Shown piece by piece: positions 28,044 to 36,324 of a stretch of 64,000 nucleotides of DNA. Each line of letters starts with the position of its first letter. Position 1 is the first letter of the stretch. Location of the stretch: contig CAWFOU010000001.1 in the NCBI GenBank assembly GCA_963817525.1, forward strand, positions 1,024,001-1,088,000, given 5' to 3'. The position numbers and the translations under genes are program-made. The notes beneath the pieces are model-generated. The model ran no database searches and was not told the DNA's origin. It was given only the letters and a program-made list of their open reading frames with translations. Origin of the DNA: an uncultured archaeon (GTDB taxonomy: Archaea; Thermoproteota; Nitrososphaeria; Nitrososphaerales; Gagatemarchaeaceae).

Positions 28044-28427
28044 TCAGATGGGGATGAGTTTCGTGCTCTTCATCTTGTCTTCGGCTTGGAAGGACTTTGT
28101 CATCGAATTGATCTTCTTGGCGTCTCCCTGCACCACAAAGAGTTCGATGCACATCGATGTCTTTGTCTTGTTGTGGACGTGAGTCGTGATGATGTCCTCG
28201 TATTGATGCTTGAGCTTCGTCACCGGCGCCTCTTGTTCTTCGTCGTGCGTGACGATGAGCAACCCGTTCATCTCTCCAACAGCCGCCTCCCTCTCCCTCG
28301 AGTCTTCGAGCATCATGCGTATGGCCGCCCGCACCAGCTCAGAACGTCCCGTGAACCCAGAGCCCTTCTGCACCTCGTCCATCTCTTTGAGCATGGTCTC
28401 CGGAAACGAAAGGCTGACTACGGTCAT
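28044..28427 (-). CDS. nikR: NikR/CopG-family ribbon-helix-helix metal-responsive regulator
   Basis: VVSLSFP...GRSELVRAAIR RHH domain; ACT domain with H...HxH...C (LKHQY...THVHN...MCIELF). Confidence 0.85.
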   Translation of the reverse strand: MTVVSLSFPETMLKEMDEVQKGSGFTGRSELVRAAIRMMLEDSREREAAVGEMNGLLIVTHDEEQEAPVTKLKHQYEDIITTHVHNKTKTSMCIELFVVQGDAKKINSMTKSFQAEDKMKSTKLIPI

Positions 28428-28515
28428 CGAACTTCGAGCATACATGGCGAGACGCGGGTTATTTAACTTATGTTTTTATTAATAACTTCGGCGACACATC
28501 AAAACCGTCTGCCTG

Positions 28516-29019
28516 TTAGGTCTTGACTGGCTTGATCGTAAGGCTCACATCGGACCGTCCGAGGCTGGGCGCGGGTTCCTTAGCCTCATAAGGAAAAAGG
28601 CGGGAGAGAAAATCGTGTTTGAAAGGCAACATCAGAGATCGAGCTGCATTGGCCAGATCGAGGCTCCATGTGGTGGAAACCGCGAAAATCCCGGTTGGAA
28701 GCTGCTTCAGACCAGGAGCTCCCGGCAGGGAGGCTTGCTGGCGTTGCTGCTCGGTCGATATCATCCTTGGCGATGGTAGCCGGAATACCAACGCGCTCAA
28801 GAGAAGGCTCGAGACCGCGACGATTGGCAGGATGAGGGAGACCATTCTTCCGGTGCTAGTGAGCGAGACGAGGGTGGATGCGACCGGTGAGGGGAAGTAA
28901 AAGAGCTCGTACCTGTATTGAGAGCCCCAACCAGAGAGGAAGAATCCAATCGTGAAGGCGAGGTAAATAGAGCCCAGCAGAAGCGTCAGCATCGCTATCG
29001 CCAGGAATCTCCAGTTCAA
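28516..29019 (-). CDS. Hypothetical membrane protein
   Basis: Two hydrophobic segments. TTG 29019 is ~26 nt downstream of TTTATAT. Coding signal is weak in the C-terminal half. Confidence 0.45.
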   Translation of the reverse strand: MNWRFLAIAMLTLLLGSIYLAFTIGFFLSGWGSQYRYELFYFPSPVASTLVSLTSTGRMVSLILPIVAVSSLLLSALVFRLPSPRMISTEQQRQQASLPGAPGLKQLPTGIFAVSTTWSLDLANAARSLMLPFKHDFLSRLFPYEAKEPAPSLGRSDVSLTIKPVKT

Positions 29020-29169
29020 ACTAAGAAGATATACGCCCGGTGCCATATAAAGCTTAATAATAATATGTGCCCATATCATAACCCACTGATATGATTGGAG
29101 GAAAGCATAATACATCGACAATCGCAGATTTCATTAAGTGGGGAACTAGAGCGAGACGGTGGGGTCGCC

Positions 29170-29934
29170 TTGAGTAGTCTCACGCGCGAGAAGTTTGGCG
29201 TTCACGAACTGAGCCATACCTCATCTGTCAGGGTCGCAGCTTGGGTTCGGACATGGGGTTGGCGCGGGGCGCTCTGCGCCGGCATGGGCTGTCTCGCCGT
29301 TGCTGTGTTCTATTACACGGAGTTTCTGGCGGCGCCACCCTCACAGCACATCTACGGGATCTATTACGGTCTTCGCGACAGCGGGGACCTGTTCGCGGAG
29401 TACGCGTTCGTCTCGCTGCTCGTCGCAGGGTGGATGCGCAAGTTCAGCACAAGGTTGGTGCTCGCAACTGGAGTGGCGGTGGCCCTCCTCGTGTTAAACG
29501 TCGCGTTCGCATGGACGAGCGGGGTCCTGGGCTATGTGCTTGTGCTCCTCCCAACCTGGCTACCCCAAGGGCTCCTCGTCGACTACCTGGCTATCGTTCA
29601 ATTTCCCGCCGTCCGCTCGACACTGGACTTTTACTATCTTGCGTGGCTCGGGGGGCTCTTCCTGCTCTCGATTGCCTTCTTCAAGTCGGGGTTCGCGAAG
29701 AGGCTCGTCCGTTCTCTTGAATTTGTCTTTCTTGCCTTGCTCGCCCTTCCCCTCGAGGTCTATCTTTTCGACAGGCACGAGTTCGGCCTTCACGTCCTGG
29801 ACGCGCAGGTCGGGACATCCATTCATTGGTTCACCAACGCCGACCTGCTCGCTTCCCTCGTGGTCGTGATCTCGGCTCTTGCGATAGTGGACGGCTTGGT
29901 CTTGAAGCAGGGGAAAATCCGCATCCGATTCTAA
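29170..29934 (+). CDS. Multi-pass membrane protein (DR...LH...WFTN family)
   Basis: About 6 TM; C-terminal LPLEVYLFDRHEFGLH...WFTNADLL is shared with the next gene. Start uncertain. Confidence 0.75.
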   Translation: MSSLTREKFGVHELSHTSSVRVAAWVRTWGWRGALCAGMGCLAVAVFYYTEFLAAPPSQHIYGIYYGLRDSGDLFAEYAFVSLLVAGWMRKFSTRLVLATGVAVALLVLNVAFAWTSGVLGYVLVLLPTWLPQGLLVDYLAIVQFPAVRSTLDFYYLAWLGGLFLLSIAFFKSGFAKRLVRSLEFVFLALLALPLEVYLFDRHEFGLHVLDAQVGTSIHWFTNADLLASLVVVISALAIVDGLVLKQGKIRIRF

Positions 29935-29941
29935 AGAAGGG

Positions 29942-29955
29942 TTTGAGCGGGCCCG
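29942..29955 (-). repeat. 14-bp copy of the tRNA-Lys 3' end (att-like direct repeat)
   Basis: TTTGAGCGGGCCCG occurs at 29942-29955 and 31180-31193. Confidence 0.7.
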
Positions 29956-30274
29956 AAGAGACCCGCCCCCCTGAACGGGCTCTAAAGGCGGATTCTGGCA
30001 AGACGCGCAGGTTGAAGACCTTCGAGGCAGTTGACTCGTCTATCGCGAACTGCACGACGGCAGCCCGAGAGCGGCTAAGATTCCAGACCCCCGCTTTGTC
30101 GGCTTGATATGCCTCGATGACTACCGAGCATGGAATCATGCCCTTGGTCCAATAAAGCCAAAATACCCACAAGGTGCCCGATTCCATCGGCGAACCCTTC
30201 TGCCAAACGGCCCACTCGAAGAGAGACCTACCGGTGGAGCTCGCCGAAATTTCGCTTCTTGGGCGAAATTTGAT

Positions 30275-31006
30275 GTGACGAATCTCCGCGGGCTCCTGTT
30301 TTACTTCTTCGTGGTGAGCGCAATCGTCTTGGACGTCATCGCCTATACGATACCGCCAGAGATTCCAATAACGCTCGTGAAAGCGAGCCCTTTTCTCCTC
30401 TTTGCTCATCCGTTCCCCGATCCCTTCGGCGTCTACTCGCATTTGCCATCAGGTTGTTGCTGGGACCAGATCATCTACTACAACGGGTTTTGGATACCGC
30501 CGCTGAGCGTTTGGTGTGTCATACTCGCCGTGTGCACGAAGCTGTCGACAAAGTGGTCAGCGAGGCGAATGCTGGCAATTTCTGCTTTGATCTTTGAGCT
30601 TGAGATTGGCTTCTGGGTTCTAGTGGTTCAAATGGGCACGCACTTATCCAGCATCTTACCTATCGCGCCTCTCTACGTCATGGTTTTTGAGTCGCCGGCC
30701 ACATTTTTCGGCTCTCGTGAGCTCGTCTGCTTTGCATTGCTCATTTTCGTAGCCGCTTGCTCATATCTGGTGTTCAGGAAAATTCCAAGAGTGGTCCAGA
30801 CGGTGACTGCCGCTCTCATTCCTCTCCCGTTGATGGTTTGGGTATGGGACCGGCCTGACTGGACCCTGCACTTCACAACTCCCATCGTGGCCGCTTTCAT
30901 CCCTTGGTTCACCAACGAGGTCTTGTTCTACGCATGCGTCGTCGTCTTCTCGCTTGCAACTATCTACGACATGTTTTGGCCTAGACATCTCAATCATGTC
31001 AGGTAG
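30275..31006 (+). CDS. Multi-pass membrane protein (DR...LH...WFTN family)
   Basis: LPLMVWVWDRPDWTLH...WFTNEVLF, in lower-GC DNA. Start uncertain. Confidence 0.7.
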   Translation: MTNLRGLLFYFFVVSAIVLDVIAYTIPPEIPITLVKASPFLLFAHPFPDPFGVYSHLPSGCCWDQIIYYNGFWIPPLSVWCVILAVCTKLSTKWSARRMLAISALIFELEIGFWVLVVQMGTHLSSILPIAPLYVMVFESPATFFGSRELVCFALLIFVAACSYLVFRKIPRVVQTVTAALIPLPLMVWVWDRPDWTLHFTTPIVAAFIPWFTNEVLFYACVVVFSLATIYDMFWPRHLNHVR

Positions 31007-31185
31007 AAGCCGCCCTCGGCAGTCCTGTTTCCGCCCAGCGCATACCTCCGTTGATGAGGCGAGTAACATCCTAACGACCCATCACCAATGCGGGACCCAG
31101 TCTTGCGGGCGAGGTCGGGGTCATCTATTGAGGGACATCGCACACAAACGATTTAGCGAAATGAGTACTTCAAGACCAATTTGAG

Positions 31186-31299
31186 CGGGCCCGGTGGGAT
31201 TTGAATTCGTGGACGCTTTTGGCGCCTCCCACGACATGCTGGTATCTCCCAAGAGCTAGCTAAGAGCCAGCCGCTCTGACCTGGCTGAGCCACGGGCCC
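31186..31299 (-). tRNA. tRNA-Lys(CUU) with two BHB introns (37/38: 31244-31260; 53/54: 31206-31227)
   Basis: Acceptor GGGCCCG/CGGGCCC, D-arm GCTC/GAGC, anticodon stem GCTGG/CCAGC with CTT, and T-arm GTGGG-TTCAAAT-CCCAC after intron removal. Both introns form bulge-helix-bulge motifs. CCA is not encoded. Confidence 0.93.
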
Positions 31300-31388
31300 G
31301 CGAACAACCCGGCCCGGACGTCGGATATTTACTTTCCACTCTACCGTCGAGTATTATTAGGGAGGCCGCGGCCCGGCACGCTGAGATC

Positions 31389-32429
31389 TTGGGGGAACTG
31401 GTCTTCGTTGGCCTCGGACTGGGAGAGAGAGGGACAAGCTTGGCTGGAGTGGACGCGATAAGGGCGTCTGACCTCGCCTACTTCGAGAGGTACACCTCTC
31501 CGCCGTCACCGACCCTAGTCGAGGGCTTGGAAGAAGCCGCGGGCAAGAAAGTGCTGATGGTGGGGAGGGAGTTCGTGGAAGACGGGCGGGAGATTCTCCA
31601 GCGGGCCGCCACTTCGAAGGTGGTCCTCGCCGTGCAGGGCGACCCGATGATAGCGACGACCCACAACGACCTGCGGGTGCGGGCTGCCACCCGCGGGATA
31701 CGCACCAGCGTCGTCCACGGCGCCGCCATCCCCGCGGCGGCGGCCAGCGAGAGCGGGCTGCACTACTACAAGTTCGGGGGGACGATCACGTTCACGCTCA
31801 AGAGCGCGACCCACCACCAGGACGTCTACCAGCGGATCCACCGCAACCTCTTGGAGGGCCTCCACAGCCTCCTCCTCCTCGAGTACGACGTGGAGGGAAA
31901 GACGGGCGTGGAGCCGGCGTTCCTGTTAGAGAGGCTTCTCGACGCGGAGAAGAACTTCAAGCGGGGCGTCCTCTCGGAAGGGACGCTCGCGGTCGTCCTC
32001 GAAAGGGTGGGGATGAGCGACGAGGCGGCGATGGGCGGCTCGATGGGGGCCTTGAAGGCTCGGTCGTTCGGCCCTCCGCCCCACTGTGTAATCATCCCCG
32101 GCCGGTTGCACTTTACAGAGGAGGAGGCGCTGGCGGCCATCCTCAAGGTCGACAAGAAGGACATTGTCGACAACTCGGCGGGCGTGAAGCGCACAGCACA
32201 GGTGCTCGTGCCTCGCTACGTTGAAAAAGCCAGGCGGGCGCTCGAGGAGGCGAGGGCGGCCTTGAAGGACAAGCACAAGGAGCTGCTGGATAACGCGGAG
32301 CTCTATCTCAAGGACTCGGAGAATTTCCTGGCGAACGACCAGGACGAGCTCGCCATGCTCAGCGTGGGGTATGCGGAGGGGCTCGTCGACGCCCTCTCCT
32401 TCACCGGCGAGGTGAAGCTGACCTGGTGA
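31389..32429 (+). CDS. dph5: Diphthine synthase with C-terminal DUF357-like domain
   Basis: LVFVGLGL, ERYTS, GDPMIATTH, GLHYYKFG, GPPPHCVIIPG; C-terminal YLKDS...LSVGYAEGLVDAL. Confidence 0.93.
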   Translation: MGELVFVGLGLGERGTSLAGVDAIRASDLAYFERYTSPPSPTLVEGLEEAAGKKVLMVGREFVEDGREILQRAATSKVVLAVQGDPMIATTHNDLRVRAATRGIRTSVVHGAAIPAAAASESGLHYYKFGGTITFTLKSATHHQDVYQRIHRNLLEGLHSLLLLEYDVEGKTGVEPAFLLERLLDAEKNFKRGVLSEGTLAVVLERVGMSDEAAMGGSMGALKARSFGPPPHCVIIPGRLHFTEEEALAAILKVDKKDIVDNSAGVKRTAQVLVPRYVEKARRALEEARAALKDKHKELLDNAELYLKDSENFLANDQDELAMLSVGYAEGLVDALSFTGEVKLTW

Positions 32430-33052
32430 GCAGGGCTGAGGGCGGTGGCCGGGTCGCCCCCTTGGACATCGTGAGGGCGGTCTACGTCGCCAGCCTGAGG
32501 GACGGGGCGGCACGTGCGGGGGCGATAGGAGAGGCGCTTGGAGTGCCGCTCTCCTCGGTCCGTGCGGCGCTGCGCGAGGCGGCGGCGAGGGGGTTCGTAA
32601 AGGCGAGGGGAGGGTCGGTGGAGCTCACCCCCGGTGGGCGGAGAAGGCTCAAGGTCGTGATGCTCGGCGGCGCGTTCGAGATAATCCACCCTGGCCACGT
32701 CCACGCCCTTTCGGAGGCGAGAGGGCTCGGTAACACGCTCGTGGTCGTGGTGGCGACGGACGAGAGCGTCGAGCGAAACAAGGGCAGGCCGCCGGCGACC
32801 GACCAGGCCCTGAGGATGGCGCTGGTCTCTTCCCTCAGACAGGTCGACCTGACGGTCGCAGGGAACAAGGGGAGCATCTACGACATACTGGTCAAGATAA
32901 GGCCCGACGTAGTGGCCATCGGCTACGACCAACGTCACAACGGGGACGAGATAGTCCGCGAGGCCGCGAGGAGGGGCGTGATCGTGTCGACGGCTCGACT
33001 CGGGTCGCCGAACCCCGAGCTGAAGACCTCGAAGATCCTGATGTCCTTCTAG
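32426..33052 (+). CDS. ribL: FAD synthase (cytidylyltransferase family) with N-terminal winged helix
   Basis: GGAFEIIHPGH, LVVVVATD, PDVVAIGYDQ, KTSKI. Confidence 0.8.
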   Translation: MSRAEGGGRVAPLDIVRAVYVASLRDGAARAGAIGEALGVPLSSVRAALREAAARGFVKARGGSVELTPGGRRRLKVVMLGGAFEIIHPGHVHALSEARGLGNTLVVVVATDESVERNKGRPPATDQALRMALVSSLRQVDLTVAGNKGSIYDILVKIRPDVVAIGYDQRHNGDEIVREAARRGVIVSTARLGSPNPELKTSKILMSF

Positions 33053-33057
33053 GCGGT

Positions 33058-33744
33058 TCAGCTAGGCAGGACGTCCAGCTCAAGGGCCTCGCCGCTCTTC
33101 AATCCCAGGGCGCCGCGTAGGTACTCCGGCGAGATTATCTCCAGGACGCTGTCGTCGTAGTGGGTCCGGTCGATCACAAGGACTGCGCCTGGCAGACGCT
33201 TCTTGCCTATGGTGGCCCGGTAGCACCTGGCCCCGCCATAGGTCCTCCCGTCGCGCTGGAACCCCTCAATCCGCAGGCCGTCGAACCCCCTAAGCTCCTT
33301 CTTGAGCTCGACCTGGTCCGGGCTCTCGAGCTTCACGTTCAAAGTCCCCGCGTATGGCACGAATCCACAGGCCTTGGCCAGCTGGGTCTTGTAGGCCTCC
33401 AGGCCTATGTAGTACGCCCCCTCTCCCAGCCCCTGGAAGACCTTGCCGACGAAGGCCATCTTCCGCCTCGGCTTGCGCTCCAGGGCGGCCTTCAGGCTGG
33501 AGTAGTATGCGCGGACGATTTCTTGCCCCGCCTCGGTCATCCTCACCGAGAACTTCGCCCCTGACCGCCGCCTCTCGACGTACCCCAGCGACTCGAGCTG
33601 CTGCAAGTGCTTGGAAGCCGACTGCTGGCTCTGGCCGAGCTTCTCTGCTAGCTCCTCGGTCGAGAGGGGGACGAACCCCAGGTGGGCTTTGAGCTTCGCG
33701 AGCTCGACAAGCGTCGGGATGAGGACGGGTTTGATCTTCTCCAA
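33058..33744 (-). CDS. ribK: CTP-dependent riboflavin kinase with N-terminal HTH (RbkR type)
   Basis: SQQSASKHL HTH; GLGEGAYY, PYAGTLNV, RTHY...LEIISP..LR. Confidence 0.93.
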   Translation of the reverse strand: MEKIKPVLIPTLVELAKLKAHLGFVPLSTEELAEKLGQSQQSASKHLQQLESLGYVERRRSGAKFSVRMTEAGQEIVRAYYSSLKAALERKPRRKMAFVGKVFQGLGEGAYYIGLEAYKTQLAKACGFVPYAGTLNVKLESPDQVELKKELRGFDGLRIEGFQRDGRTYGGARCYRATIGKKRLPGAVLVIDRTHYDDSVLEIISPEYLRGALGLKSGEALELDVLPS

Positions 33745-33873
33745 CTTTATCGTACTCTTTTCTTGCGCGGACGAGCGGGCGAGCCGCTCCGGCCCGGATA
33801 TAAGTCCGCAGGGTCGGTCGCACCGCATCGCCTTTAATAGCCTGCCCCCGCGCCGGGCCCAGGTAGTCGCGCC

Positions 33874-34602
33874 TTGCAGGACAACTCTTCACGAGAAGCG
33901 ATGCTCGCACAGGAGCAGGCAGTCATCCGCCGCGGGCCCGGCCTCCGCAAGGGGGTGGAGGCGGCTTTCGGGGCGGGCGGAGAGAGCGAGGGCACGCTGG
34001 TCCTCACTGACCAGAGGCTGGTCTACGTCCACGGCAACGAAAAGGAGGAAGACCTCCGGATCGGCAGCTGGAGCGCAAAGCGCCTCTACTTCTCCGACGT
34101 GGATGACCTCGACTCGATGTCCCTCGACTCTGAGAGCCTGGAGATTCCGCTCAAGAGTGTGGTGAAGGTGACCGGCCACCGCGTGGAGGCGATGGCGCCC
34201 AAGCTAGTCGTGGACTGGACCGACGGAGGGGGAAAGCAGTCGACCGAGTTCGTCCAGCAGATAACGGGTGGCTCGCGGAGCAAGAACCTCAACGACTGGG
34301 CGAAGGTGATCGAGATGCTAAAGGCGAACCAGCTTGAGATAAGGCCTCTGCCGCCGGCGCCGAGCACCGAAACCCTCGATGGGAAGGTACTGGCCGTGCT
34401 CGGGGACATGCAGGAGAAAGGCCCGATGGTGATCGAGGAAGAGGTGGAGGAGCACTACAAGCTCGACCTCGACCCGGACGATGTAGAAGCGGCCTGCAAC
34501 AGGCTCGTCGCGGCTGGCCTGGCGCGAAAGGCTGCGCCCTCCGGCGAGGACCCGTACTACAGGAAGGTCTCCTCGCTAGGGGACTATGACCTCAGCGGCT
34601 GA
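33874..34602 (+). CDS. PH/GRAM-like domain plus C-terminal winged-helix protein
   Basis: EGTLVLTDQRLVY...LEIPLKSV is a PH-like signature; C-terminal DVEAACNRLVAAGLARK wHTH. Confidence 0.7.
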   Translation: MQDNSSREAMLAQEQAVIRRGPGLRKGVEAAFGAGGESEGTLVLTDQRLVYVHGNEKEEDLRIGSWSAKRLYFSDVDDLDSMSLDSESLEIPLKSVVKVTGHRVEAMAPKLVVDWTDGGGKQSTEFVQQITGGSRSKNLNDWAKVIEMLKANQLEIRPLPPAPSTETLDGKVLAVLGDMQEKGPMVIEEEVEEHYKLDLDPDDVEAACNRLVAAGLARKAAPSGEDPYYRKVSSLGDYDLSG

Positions 34603-34612
34603 CCGTCAGGGA

Positions 34613-35311
34613 TCAGGACCTGCTAGGTTTCTTCTTCGCCTTTGAGGCGCTCCGCTCGAGCGAGGCCTGGAGGCCTTGGATCGAGGAGACTATCAGCGAC
34701 CTCCTGGCCTCCTCCGCCATCACCCCCCGGACGTCCTCCGTGAGCATCCTGTCGACGTCGATCTTCCTTCGCACGCCGTTGGCGACGTGGTCGTAGACCG
34801 CGAAGGGGGAGAGGGTGGAGTAGAGGGCCTCCATGAGCTCGAAGTACCTCCTTGCCTTGTCTATCTCCGACCGCATTACGGAGTCAAGCAGTAGCCTCTT
34901 CGCCTCGCCGACAGTGTCGAGGAGGCCCATCAGGTAGCCCTCCCCCGAGACGCCCAGGTCCTTGGCCGTCGGGATCGGCTTCCCCAGCACGATGGCTTCG
35001 ACGGAGGACGCCTCGACGAACTCCGCCTCCGGAGAGGGCAAGTACCTCGAGAGCCCCCCCACCGTGGCCTCCTTCCTCATCCCCTTCAGGACCTTCTCCG
35101 CCTCCTTGATCTCCCTGTGGGCCTCCTCGTGCCTCCCCGTGTGGATGTGCACGATGGCCTTCGAGCAGAACGAGATGCAGTCCCTCGAGGTCTTGAGGAT
35201 CCTCTCCCTCCTGGCGAGGACTTCCTGCAGGTTTGCCTCGATCTCCTTCAGCGAATCTTCGACTCCAAGTTCCAAAGTGGTCTTCGACATCTGAGGGAAC
35301 GACGGAGACAT
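34613..35311 (-). CDS. Translin/TRAX family RNA-binding protein
   Basis: RERILKTSR, EFVEA, YLMGLLDTVGEAKR, RRKID. Confidence 0.88.
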   Translation of the reverse strand: MSPSFPQMSKTTLELGVEDSLKEIEANLQEVLARRERILKTSRDCISFCSKAIVHIHTGRHEEAHREIKEAEKVLKGMRKEATVGGLSRYLPSPEAEFVEASSVEAIVLGKPIPTAKDLGVSGEGYLMGLLDTVGEAKRLLLDSVMRSEIDKARRYFELMEALYSTLSPFAVYDHVANGVRRKIDVDRMLTEDVRGVMAEEARRSLIVSSIQGLQASLERSASKAKKKPSRS

Positions 35312-35448
35312 AAGTCTGCCCCCTGGGGAGCGATGTCTCTATAACTGACTCGAGGGCGGTGCCCCCGTTTGGTGTCCTGGTATCAAGAAGAAAAACCATT
35401 CTTCTGCAAGTTATGCGGGAAGCCGTTCAAGGGGCGAGCTCCGAGAAG

Positions 35449-35745
35449 TTGCCTAACCTGAATTATAACAAGGGCCGATCAAAAGAATATCGGGTGATGG
35501 AGTTGCTGAGGGAAGACGGATGGGTGGTCGCGAGGACCGCGGGCTCTCACAGCCCCGTCGACGTGTTCGCGGCAAAGCTCGGCGCGACCCTGCTGGTCCA
35601 GGTTAAGAACGGCAAGGCTAGGATGAAGGCCCAGGAGGCCAAGGAATTGGTTAAATGGGCAGAGGCGTTCAACGCCGACGCAGAGATTTGGCACTTCAAA
35701 GGCCGGGGTCACCTGGAGAAGAGGCGCCTCCGCGCACGGAAGTGA
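35449..35745 (+). CDS. hjc: Hjc-like Holliday-junction resolvase (PD-(D/E)XK)
   Basis: G...E.RV...L...GW.V.R.AGS.SPVDVFA...LLVQVK. Confidence 0.75.
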   Translation: MPNLNYNKGRSKEYRVMELLREDGWVVARTAGSHSPVDVFAAKLGATLLVQVKNGKARMKAQEAKELVKWAEAFNADAEIWHFKGRGHLEKRRLRARK

Positions 35746-35752
35746 GACCTCC

Positions 35753-35902
35753 TTGGAACTGAAGTGCTACCTTTGCGACTCCGCACTCAAGGCGGACGCC
35801 AAGCCCTTCAAGATCGGCACGAAGGAGGAGTACATCTGCGTCTCGTGCTTCACGAAGACCGTGAACAGGCGCGCCGCACTCGATAAGGAAAAGACCGGCT
35901 AG
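35753..35902 (+). CDS. 49-aa CxxC..CxxC zinc-finger microprotein (not in ORF track)
   Basis: TTG start; MELKCYLCDSALKADAKPFKIGTKEEYICVSCFTKTVNRRAALDKEKTG*, with GC3-rich codons. Confidence 0.7.
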   Translation: MELKCYLCDSALKADAKPFKIGTKEEYICVSCFTKTVNRRAALDKEKTG

Positions 35903-35903
35903 C

Positions 35904-36257
35904 CTAGGAGGCGACGAAGCACTTGTTGAGCTGCTCGATCACCGAAGTGCATAGCTCGACCTTCTCTTCGTCTTCGCACATCGAATAGTACAGGCGGGCC
36001 TTTTCATATTCCGGGAGGGCTCGGATGGCGTTCGCGACGTCGCTGCTCGTCTCCCCGAGCGAGAGGAGACCGCTCATCTCATACCACTCGGCTGCGCTCG
36101 CGTACTCGCCGAGGCCCTCGAAGCAGGCTGCGATCCACCTGCACAGGTTGACCCTCTGCTCCGGAGACTGGAGCTTGCCGAACTCCTCCTTCAGGAGGAT
36201 CGCGGCCACGTCCCTCTGCCCCAACTTCGCCATGTGCAGGACGTCGGAGAAGCTCAT
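35904..36257 (-). CDS. Helical TPR-like hypothetical protein
   Basis: IAACFEGLGEYASAAEWY and ALPEYEKARLYY resemble TPR helices. Confidence 0.65.
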   Translation of the reverse strand: MSFSDVLHMAKLGQRDVAAILLKEEFGKLQSPEQRVNLCRWIAACFEGLGEYASAAEWYEMSGLLSLGETSSDVANAIRALPEYEKARLYYSMCEDEEKVELCTSVIEQLNKCFVAS

Positions 36258-36324
36258 CGGTGGTGGGTTCCCACGGCAGAGTTAACTCGTAGGAACTCTA
36301 TATTGTTTGAACTCTTTATCAAAC

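Noticed and set aside
31389-32429. Dph5-DUF357 fusion as a novelty
   Set aside because: Recalled as typical of Nitrososphaerota; used only as a taxonomic hint.
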